A DNA stretch of 64,000 bases from Sulfolobales archaeon (lineage in GTDB: Archaea; Thermoproteota; Thermoprotei_A; Sulfolobales; AG1): the NCBI GenBank assembly GCA_049976205.1, contig JBMFIR010000004.1, forward strand, positions 1,213 to 65,212. Reading direction: 5' to 3'. Positions 56,453-64,000 of this stretch are shown piece by piece. Below the pieces are notes generated by a model. That model ran no database searches, was not told the origin of the DNA, and was given only the letters and a program-made list of their open reading frames with translations. The number at the start of each line of letters is the position of its first letter. Position 1 is the stretch's first letter. The translations under genes and the position numbers were made by a program.

Positions 56453-57823
56453 TTGATGGCTATGGAGAGACTATTTGGCACAGATGGTGTAAGAGGTGTA
56501 TTTAACGCTGAAATGGATCCTTTTATGGCAATGAGACTGGCTTTCTCAATAGCAACATATTTGCCTAGAGGATCTAGAGTTCTGGTGGCTAGAGACGGTA
56601 GAGCGGGTTCAGAGAATATATACTACGCGGTTATAGCAGGTTTAATGGCTGGAGGCGTTAAGGTATATGATGGAGGTCCCGCACCAACACCCTCTATGCA
56701 ACTAAGTGTTAGAGACAGAGGCTATGATGCTGGTGTCATGGTTACTGCTAGTCATAACCCCCCCGAGTATGTGGGTATGAAATTCATAACTAGTGATGGC
56801 GTAGAGGCTCCTAGAGAAGTTGAAGAAGAGGTAGAGAAAATATATTACGAGACTAGATTCAGGAAGGTTTCTTGGAAAGAAGTTCAGTACACTGTGTTAA
56901 GAGATCCTCTAGTTAATGAATATTATATATCTAAGATCGTAGAATCAGTTGATAAAGAAAAAATCGTCTCCAGAAGTTTCAGAGTAGTTGTTGATCCTGC
57001 CAATAGCGTAGGTGGTTTAACGACACCTTATATACTTGAGAGATTAGGAGCCAAGGTATTTACAATAAATGCTGAGTTAAGACCTGAGCCGTCAAGACCT
57101 TATGAACCTACTCCAGAGACTATAACTGATCTCAGAGCAATTGTTAAAGAATTAAAAGCTGATCTCGGAGTCGCACATGACGGAGACGCTGATAGAGCAA
57201 TGTTTGTTGATGAGGAAGGAGAAGCCTACTGGGGTGATCGAGACGCAGTCTTACTTGCTAAGCATATTTATCTTAATAGAAAAAGCAAGATGCCCAAGAG
57301 AATAGTTACGGCTGTCTCTTCCTCCACGTTAGTTGAAGAAATGCTGAAGCCTTACGGGATAGAGGTTGTGTGGACTAGGGTGGGATCTATAGTGATCGCT
57401 AGAGAATTAATTAGATTAGGAGGTGGATTATGCGGTTTCGAGGAAAATACAGGTTTTATATATCCTGAGCATCAATACGTAAGAGACGGCGGCATGAAGA
57501 CCGCGCTGATCTTAGAGTATCTGGCCTATGAGAAGAAGAGCTTAAGAGAGTTAATGAGTGAACTTCCAAAACTGCATGTTATAAAAACTAAAAGACCTAC
57601 TAACCCCGAGAAGACAAAGAGAGTGCTTGAGGAGTTAAAGAATGTTTATTCCAGCAAGAGAATCATAACAGTTGACGGTGTTAAAGTAATTGGGGATGAT
57701 TACTGGTTCTTAGTGAGACCCTCAGGAACAGAGCCTATTCTGAGAATAATGATTGAGGCAAAAACAAAAGAGAAAGCTGAGGAGGTTCTAAAGGAGGTTC
57801 TCTTGGTGGTTGATAAATTATGA
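56453..57823 (+). CDS. glmM: phosphoglucosamine mutase / phosphomannomutase (alpha-D-phosphohexomutase family)
   Basis: LFGTDGVRG, TASHNPPEYVGMK (phosphoserine loop), HDGDADR (metal loop), RPSGTEP. Confidence 0.85.
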   Translation: MMAMERLFGTDGVRGVFNAEMDPFMAMRLAFSIATYLPRGSRVLVARDGRAGSENIYYAVIAGLMAGGVKVYDGGPAPTPSMQLSVRDRGYDAGVMVTASHNPPEYVGMKFITSDGVEAPREVEEEVEKIYYETRFRKVSWKEVQYTVLRDPLVNEYYISKIVESVDKEKIVSRSFRVVVDPANSVGGLTTPYILERLGAKVFTINAELRPEPSRPYEPTPETITDLRAIVKELKADLGVAHDGDADRAMFVDEEGEAYWGDRDAVLLAKHIYLNRKSKMPKRIVTAVSSSTLVEEMLKPYGIEVVWTRVGSIVIARELIRLGGGLCGFEENTGFIYPEHQYVRDGGMKTALILEYLAYEKKSLRELMSELPKLHVIKTKRPTNPEKTKRVLEELKNVYSSKRIITVDGVKVIGDDYWFLVRPSGTEPILRIMIEAKTKEKAEEVLKEVLLVVDKL

Positions 57824-58218
57824 AGTATCGATTAATGGATCTTCTCGCGTGCCCGATATGTAAAACTTTTCCTCTAAAGCTAATAATCTTCTCTCGAAAT
57901 ACCTATAAGAGAGAGTTTAGAGGAAGAAAACCTGTTTGTGAACTCTACTGCTCCTTTCTAGGCAGAGAAATAAAAGAATTAAGAGAGAAAGGCGAGGAAC
58001 CACCATGTGAGGAGTGTTTTAAATACGAGATCTCCGAGGGAATACTTATATGCCCGAAATGTGGTAGATGGTACCCCATAATTAATGAGATACCGAGAAT
58101 GCTACCTGATGAATATAGAAACAAAAAAGAAGATATTGATTTCTTGAATAAATATAAAGATTACATCCCTGAGGAAGTTCTTAGAAGAGGTCTTCCACAT
58201 AATCTCTCTAATCAATAA
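57820..58218 (+). CDS. Trm112-like zinc-ribbon protein
   Basis: LLACPICK...LICPKCGRWYPIINEIPRML is the Trm112/DUF343 pattern with an inserted Cys-containing segment. Confidence 0.6.
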   Translation: MKYRLMDLLACPICKTFPLKLIIFSRNTYKREFRGRKPVCELYCSFLGREIKELREKGEEPPCEECFKYEISEGILICPKCGRWYPIINEIPRMLPDEYRNKKEDIDFLNKYKDYIPEEVLRRGLPHNLSNQ

Positions 58219-58277
58219 ATTATTATTTCTTTAAGTATTTTTAGCGATAAATACTCTGAATAGATCCATTAATATTA

Positions 58278-58700
58278 TCACATAGTTACTATAGGTCGCC
58301 TCTCTTTCTCCCCTTCTTCTGTGGCAGGCTGTGTCCCAAGTCTGAGAGCCATTAAGGGTGTTAATTTACCTTCTCTGATCATTGCTGTAGCCATATCTCT
58401 GAAACTTGATGTATGTGATATATCGAGCTCCAGTAACTTAACCGCGATATCATACATTGCTTTCCAAACTTGCTCAAGACTTGATCTGTCTAGACTAGAT
58501 AGTATTATGGGATCCTGCAACCACTGGTCAAAGGCTCTCAAAGTCTTGATCATGTGTTGAAAAACAGCTCTTGTGGCCAACACTATCTGGAGTCTATCTC
58601 CACCTGACACGATCTCATCATTCAATTGTTTAAATGCTTCTAGCATTCTCTTCTGCATCTTGATCCATTCATCTAGATTACTTATTAGCATTTGAGCCAA
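58278..58700 (-). CDS. hypothetical helical protein
   Basis: 140-aa ORF. No motif recognised. Confidence 0.4.
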   Translation of the reverse strand: MAQMLISNLDEWIKMQKRMLEAFKQLNDEIVSGGDRLQIVLATRAVFQHMIKTLRAFDQWLQDPIILSSLDRSSLEQVWKAMYDIAVKLLELDISHTSSFRDMATAMIREGKLTPLMALRLGTQPATEEGEKERRPIVTM

Positions 58701-58909
58701 ACACGTCGCCTCTTTATAGAAAATGTGTTAGAAATCTTAAAAATGAATATGAGATCTCGTATCCGCGAAGAGCGCGCTCATCATATAATCAGTTTTTGCA
58801 CCCTTCTTCATCCACATAGTTATTCTCTAGTCTCCAATTATTGATTTTCAACTTATTAGAAATTATAATAAGGTTTGTGTACATAATTTAATTAGCGGTG
58901 TAGAAACTA

Positions 58910-60331
58910 TTGCCTGACGTACTGGGTGCTCTAGCTAAAGCAGGAGAATATTTACCCGGCGTAGCTAGACCCAAGATAAGACCATCACTAGGAATGAGAC
59001 TGTTATTTACTGGCATAGCATTGATCCTATACATGTTTATGACAACAATACCTCTCTATGGTATAGAGCACCCACCTAGGCTCTTAACACAGCTACCACA
59101 GATAGTTCAGATAGTCTTTGCAATGTCTGGTGGAACATTAGCTCAGCTGGGTATAGGCCCCATAGTAACAGCTGGTTTGATAATGCAGATCTTAGTTGGT
59201 TCAAAGCTTATATCACTAGATCTTTCTAAGCCTGATGATAGGAGAAAATTCACTTTATCTCAAAAAACACTTGCTCTCATAGTCGCGGGCGTAGAGGCAG
59301 GCGGATACGTGCTGGCGGGGCCACAGTTCTGGACAACCACTGGTCCTAACCCTATTTTTGATGTATCCGCCAGCTTCTGGATTAGATTAGCTGTCTGGGC
59401 TCAGCTAGTAGTGGCCACATACCTCATCATGTTAATGGATGAAGCTCTCCAAATGGGCTGGGGTATTGGGAGTGGGATATCACTATTTATACTAGCAGGT
59501 GTTGCTCGAGATGTATTCAATAGATTATTCTCACCGCTCCCAACCGGAACTGGGAGTTCAGAGCCGTTCGGTCTCGTCCCATACTTGATCTGGAGTGGCT
59601 ATAATAGTGGATATTCCTTTGAGAATATAATGGTTAGATTCAGTAATGGTGTTTATCTACCTAATTTAATGGGTCTTATAGCACTTATTGTAGTAATGAT
59701 CTCACTGATATATTTACAGAGAATGAAGGTTTATATACCAGTCACCACACAGAGACTAAGAGGTATCAGAACAAGAGTCCCTCTACAATTCCTCTATGTA
59801 ACAAATCTACCGGTTCTACTGGTATCTATTCTATACAGTGATCTATATATCTTCTACAGCATCGCTTCATATAATCCCTCCGTGGCCCAGTTCTTTGGTT
59901 GGGCTATGTATTATCTGAGGCCTATCAATGGGTTTTATGAGATACTTGCTGATCCCGGTAGAGCAGCTATTCATATAGCACTATTTGCCTTACTAGCCAT
60001 AATGTTCGGATTAATGTGGATCGAGGTAGCAGGATTAAATCCTTCGGGACAAGCCGAGAGATTAATCGCTTCTGGTCTAGAGATACCTGGTCTAAGAAGA
60101 AATCCAAAGGTTCTTGAAATGATCTTGGCGAAATACATTTATCCGCTAACTATACTCAGTACACTAATTGTTGTTGCGATAGTTATTGTAGCAGATATCT
60201 TCACGACCTATGGAACAGGAACAGGGATCCTGCTGGCTGTTGGTATAGTTGAGCAATTCTATACACTCATAGTATATGAGAGAGCTCTAGAGGCGTATCC
60301 AATGCTTAAGAAAATACTGGGTGAAGCATAA
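58910..60331 (+). CDS. secY: preprotein translocase subunit SecY
   Basis: 473 aa with 10 TM segments. RLLFTGIALILYMFMTTIPLYG and GIGPIVTAGLIMQIL are SecY hallmarks. Confidence 0.9.
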   Translation: MPDVLGALAKAGEYLPGVARPKIRPSLGMRLLFTGIALILYMFMTTIPLYGIEHPPRLLTQLPQIVQIVFAMSGGTLAQLGIGPIVTAGLIMQILVGSKLISLDLSKPDDRRKFTLSQKTLALIVAGVEAGGYVLAGPQFWTTTGPNPIFDVSASFWIRLAVWAQLVVATYLIMLMDEALQMGWGIGSGISLFILAGVARDVFNRLFSPLPTGTGSSEPFGLVPYLIWSGYNSGYSFENIMVRFSNGVYLPNLMGLIALIVVMISLIYLQRMKVYIPVTTQRLRGIRTRVPLQFLYVTNLPVLLVSILYSDLYIFYSIASYNPSVAQFFGWAMYYLRPINGFYEILADPGRAAIHIALFALLAIMFGLMWIEVAGLNPSGQAERLIASGLEIPGLRRNPKVLEMILAKYIYPLTILSTLIVVAIVIVADIFTTYGTGTGILLAVGIVEQFYTLIVYERALEAYPMLKKILGEA

Positions 60332-60337
60332 ACAACT

Positions 60338-61474
60338 GTGATACTAATGAAGAAGTTAGAGAATAGGAAATGTCTAGATAATGATGAATATTTTCTATCA
60401 ATTATTATTCCAACATACAACGAAGCAGATAATGTGCCAGAGGTCTTGAGTAGACTAAAGATCTTGTCCAAGGAACTAAGAGATAAATGCTTCGAGATTA
60501 TTATTGTAGACGATAACTCTCCAGATAGTACTTGGAGAATAGCTTATGAGAATCTAAATAAATTAGGTCTTGACGGCGTAGTTATTATAAGAGAAAATAT
60601 CAGAGGAATAGGATCAGCTATTGTAACAGGTATAAGAGAGGCTAAGGGGAGATATGTAGCTGTAATGGATGCAGATCTTCAGCATCCTCCGGAGGAGCTT
60701 ATTAATATGTTGAATAAAGCATTAGAGAATAACTATGACTTAGTCATCGCGTCTAGATATGTGAAGGGAGGAGGGGTTGAGGGCTGGGGGATTCATAGGA
60801 GAATTATTTCTAAAACAGCTTCTCTCATAGCAAGAATAATTGTTCCCCACGCCAGAAAAATAAGAGATCCTATGTCAGGATACTTCCTATTTAGGAGAGA
60901 CAGAGTCGATGTATCAGAATTAAGAGGAGAGGGCTCTAAGGTTCTTTTAGAGGTGGTGGTTAGAGGAAATATATCAAATATATACGAGTACCCCTATATT
61001 TTTAAGAAAAGAACTCGAGGAGTAAGTAAACTTGGTTTCTTAGAGATCACTCGTTTCCTCATACAGATCCTTAGACTAAGTGATTATAAAATACTTAAAT
61101 TCGCTATAGTTGGCGCTAGTGGAATAAGTGTTAACTGGGGTATTCTTTATCTGTTATACGAATTAATGAAGTACCCCACATATATCTCATATGCCGTCTC
61201 TGTTGAGACTTCACTTATCTCTAACTTTATCTTTAATGATCTCTGGACATTCCGTAGAGAGAAGAAGTATAAGAGTTGGTTCAGAAGACTAATTGAATAT
61301 CACACAGCACAATTAGCAGGTTTATTAATTAACTACTCTGTAACTGTTTTACTAAGCCTCTTTATGTTTTATTTAATCGCTAGTTTCATAGGAATAGTCT
61401 TGGGCTTTATAGCTAATTACGTGATTAGCACTGAATTCGTGTGGAGTTATAAACCGAAGAAAGACATAAATTAA
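60338..61474 (+). CDS. dolichyl-phosphate sugar synthase (GT2, Dpm1-like) fused to GtrA-like membrane domain
   Basis: IIIPTYNEADNV, IVDDNSPD, and MDADLQHPP are followed by 4 TM segments of GtrA type. Confidence 0.8.
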   Translation: MILMKKLENRKCLDNDEYFLSIIIPTYNEADNVPEVLSRLKILSKELRDKCFEIIIVDDNSPDSTWRIAYENLNKLGLDGVVIIRENIRGIGSAIVTGIREAKGRYVAVMDADLQHPPEELINMLNKALENNYDLVIASRYVKGGGVEGWGIHRRIISKTASLIARIIVPHARKIRDPMSGYFLFRRDRVDVSELRGEGSKVLLEVVVRGNISNIYEYPYIFKKRTRGVSKLGFLEITRFLIQILRLSDYKILKFAIVGASGISVNWGILYLLYELMKYPTYISYAVSVETSLISNFIFNDLWTFRREKKYKSWFRRLIEYHTAQLAGLLINYSVTVLLSLFMFYLIASFIGIVLGFIANYVISTEFVWSYKPKKDIN

Positions 61475-61675
61475 TGAAAATAATTTTACTAGCATTTTAT
61501 ATTTGATCCAAGTATTCATAAATTAATTCTAGGACTTTTAATTTAATTAATTAGTCTTTTATTGGGTCATGAAATCTTTTTATACATTTAACAAATATCA
61601 TCTTAATATCATAGTAAAGATTTGAAAATATTTATTTTCTCCCAAACCTATTTTATTATTTGAAGGTGTTTTTGA

Positions 61676-62842
61676 ATGTCTGCAGAAGCCGAAAAACCAA
61701 AAGTCTATAAAGGTCTAGAAGGTGTATATGTTACAGAGACTAAACTGAGTTTCATAGATGGTCTCAGATCAAGACTTTACTATGTTGGATACTCTATTGA
61801 CACATTAGCTAAGAATTCTACGTATGAGGAAGTTGCTTTTCTGCTATATCATCTCAGACTGCCTAAAAAAGATGAGTTAGATCTCTTTAAAGCCTTTATG
61901 AATGAAGCAAGGGATCTTCCTCCAGAAGTTCTTGATGTTATCAAGAGAATGGTTTCGCTTAAGGCTCATCCAATGGATATTTTAAGAACAGCTGTTTCTT
62001 ATCTCGCAGCATTCGATCCTGAGGTTGCTGTGAATACCCCAGAGTCTAATCTTAGGAAATCTGTGAGAATACTTGCTAAAGCACCCTCGATCATAGCTGC
62101 TATGTACAGATTCTCTAGAGGACTAGATTACATACCTCCCAGAAAAGATTATTCGCACGTCGAAAACTTCTTATATATGATGCATGGGAAGAGACCAACA
62201 GAGTTTGAGAAAAAAGTTATGGATGTTATATTCATTCTACACGCTGAGCATGGCATGAATGCCTCAGCATTTGCTTCGTTAGTGACGATATCTACACTCT
62301 CTGACATATACTCTGCAGTTGTTAGTGGAATAGCTACTCTAAAAGGACCTCTGCACGGAGGCGCTGCCGAGGCTGCCTACTATCAGTTCAAGGAGATTGG
62401 TAGCCCTGATAAAGTTGAGGAATGGGTGGAAAAGGCGTTCGCCACTAAGAAAAGAATAATGGGTATGGGTCATAGAGTTTACAAGACTTATGATCCTAGA
62501 GCAAAGTTTATGAAGGAGTTAGATGGTGAGATAGCCAAGATCTATGGTGGCGAGCCTAAGCTACTCTACGAGATAGCTATTAAATTAGAGGACGTGGCCC
62601 TGAAAGTTTTCGCTGAGAAAGGTAGAATGGATATACAACCCAACATAGATTATTACACACCTATAGCCTACACAGCACTAGGCGTACCCCCAGAGTACTT
62701 CACAACGATATTCGCAGCCTCAAGAATTGTTGGTTGGACTGCTAAAGCTATGGAGTATCTGAAAGATCCCAGATTGATAAGACCACTAGATCTATATGTG
62801 GGAGAGCTAGATAAAGAATACGTTCCTATAGACAAGAGATAA
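61676..62842 (+). CDS. gltA: citrate synthase
   Basis: GLEGVYVTETKLSFIDG, ILHAEHGMNAS, GPLHGGA, and MGMGHRVYKTYDPRA. Confidence 0.9.
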   Translation: MSAEAEKPKVYKGLEGVYVTETKLSFIDGLRSRLYYVGYSIDTLAKNSTYEEVAFLLYHLRLPKKDELDLFKAFMNEARDLPPEVLDVIKRMVSLKAHPMDILRTAVSYLAAFDPEVAVNTPESNLRKSVRILAKAPSIIAAMYRFSRGLDYIPPRKDYSHVENFLYMMHGKRPTEFEKKVMDVIFILHAEHGMNASAFASLVTISTLSDIYSAVVSGIATLKGPLHGGAAEAAYYQFKEIGSPDKVEEWVEKAFATKKRIMGMGHRVYKTYDPRAKFMKELDGEIAKIYGGEPKLLYEIAIKLEDVALKVFAEKGRMDIQPNIDYYTPIAYTALGVPPEYFTTIFAASRIVGWTAKAMEYLKDPRLIRPLDLYVGELDKEYVPIDKR

Positions 62843-62873
62843 TTTTTCTCGAAATTATCTTTTTTTTAAAAAA

Positions 62874-64000
62874 TTATTCTCTCCCTATTTCTTCACCTGC
62901 TTCTAAGACTCTTCCTGCTGAGACACGGGCTTTACCATAGATAACTGCACCTATCTTAAGGTACCTTTTCCCCCTAATAATAGATTTATAGGCTTCCTCA
63001 GATTCTCTCGGAGAAATAGATTTAATTAATACATTAGGCTCTAAAACAGCCTCCGAACCAATAACTGAGTAGCTAACATAGCTGCCTCTACCTATAGTCG
63101 CTTTCTGCATAATAAAAGATCTGTTTACCTCAGTATTTGAAGCTACAGAGGCCTCGTCCTCGATACTAGTATGGTCTCTAACAAATGAATATGCACCTAC
63201 AAAAACTTCTCTACCTATATATACAGGACCCTTAATAATTGCATAATGATCTATTTCAGCATCCTCCTCAATAATTACAGGGCCCTCAATAACTGCTCTA
63301 TGAGAGATCCTAGCACCTGAATGAATTCTTGATACCCTTAACTCACTTAATAGTACGTAACTTGCTTTAAGAAGATCCCATGGAGAACCAATATCAACCC
63401 AGTAATGACCCCAGTGAAGAAGCTTTACCCTGAATCTCTTCACATACTCATTAAATATCTTGTATAACTCATCGTATCTATCTACTAACTCAAAGAATTC
63501 TTTTCTGACTAAGTAGATACCACCAGCTATATAGCCCGAGACATTAACTGTTGATGGTGAAACATTCTTTACAAAACCTCTCTCATCTGATTCAATTAAC
63601 CAATGATTTCTTCTAGGCTCCTCAGCGACTCCGAGGAATACTCCTCCTAGATCCTCTTCATGCATTTCTTCAGTATAGGCTACAATAGATCTGTAGGCTT
63701 CACCGCTCACAATAATGTCTCCATAAACAATTAGTATATATTGATCCTCGTTAGTAAGAAGATCTCTAGTAGTTCTAAAAGCACCTAATATACCTGCTCC
63801 ACTCTGTTTCCGCACTTTTACCTCAGGAACAGTGATCCTCTTAGTAATAGTCTCACCTTTTGCCACATCATCTGTTATCAAAACTATTTTTTGTGGACCG
63901 ACTTCTTTGAGAGACTCTAGAATATGCTCTAAAATACTTTTACCCATGATCTTTATATATGTTTTATTTACTTCACCAGACAATAAATATAGTTTCTCTG
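62874..64000 (-). CDS. sugar-phosphate nucleotidyltransferase with C-terminal left-handed beta-helix (GlmU/RmlA-like), 5' end runs off the window
   Basis: IMGKSILEHILESL, YGDII, and YIAGGIY are followed by hexapeptide repeats. The frame stays open to nt 64000, and the GxGxR loop is not yet seen. Confidence 0.7.
   Translation of the reverse strand, partial: EKLYLLSGEVNKTYIKIMGKSILEHILESLKEVGPQKIVLITDDVAKGETITKRITVPEVKVRKQSGAGILGAFRTTRDLLTNEDQYILIVYGDIIVSGEAYRSIVAYTEEMHEEDLGGVFLGVAEEPRRNHWLIESDERGFVKNVSPSTVNVSGYIAGGIYLVRKEFFELVDRYDELYKIFNEYVKRFRVKLLHWGHYWVDIGSPWDLLKASYVLLSELRVSRIHSGARISHRAVIEGPVIIEEDAEIDHYAIIKGPVYIGREVFVGAYSFVRDHTSIEDEASVASNTEVNRSFIMQKATIGRGSYVSYSVIGSEAVLEPNVLIKSISPRESEEAYKSIIRGKRYLKIGAVIYGKARVSAGRVLEAGEEIGRE

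Noticed and set aside
58770-58779. A GC-rich perfect palindrome GAGCGCGCTC lies in the AT-rich spacer upstream of secY.
   Set aside because: It is a single short palindrome with no repeat partner or adjacent motif, which is not enough to call a regulator site or RNA.
1-64000. Looked for CRISPR arrays, rRNA genes, cas genes, integrases and prophage-like blocks.
   Set aside because: No regularly spaced direct repeats, no rRNA-like GC-rich long non-coding stretch, and no tyrosine integrase were seen. The only recombinase is the disrupted IS607 tnpA.

Overview
AT-rich archaeal chromosome segment. The gene set points to a crenarchaeal (TACK) hyperthermophile, probably Desulfurococcales-like: aIF-1A, Spt5+SecE, SecY, AlaRS, a tRNA-Trp with a bulge-helix-bulge intron, and heavy AGA/AGG/ATA codon use. 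Genus was not determined. About 65 protein genes are mostly housekeeping or metabolic: pdxST, guaA-B, citrate synthase, a Zn/Mn-type ABC importer, an ABC-2 exporter, sugar oxidoreductases, a GH36 alpha-galactosidase, and many N-glycosylation/cell-envelope genes. There are three tRNAs: Arg-CCT, Trp-CCA with a 56-nt intron, and Arg-GCG. No rRNA or CRISPR array was seen. Four observations stand out. (1) A threonine-synthase-fold protein has lost its PLP lysine, carries a C-terminal winged helix, and sits directly behind pdxS-pdxT; it is a candidate B6-responsive regulator. (2) A ~245-280 bp interspersed repeat family with GC-rich stems and compensatory base changes has 3 clear same-strand copies and 1 possible inverted copy. 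One copy sits inside a class II fumarase gene and replaces its catalytic SS-loop. (3) An IS607-type element splits a binding-protein gene. Its tnpA carries one nonsense codon and one homopolymer frameshift. Its tnpB ORF is intact but appears to lack the RuvC-II Glu and all zinc-finger cysteines. (4) Several decayed genes and two orphan DNA methyltransferases are present. All family calls come from motif recognition by eye; no searches were run.
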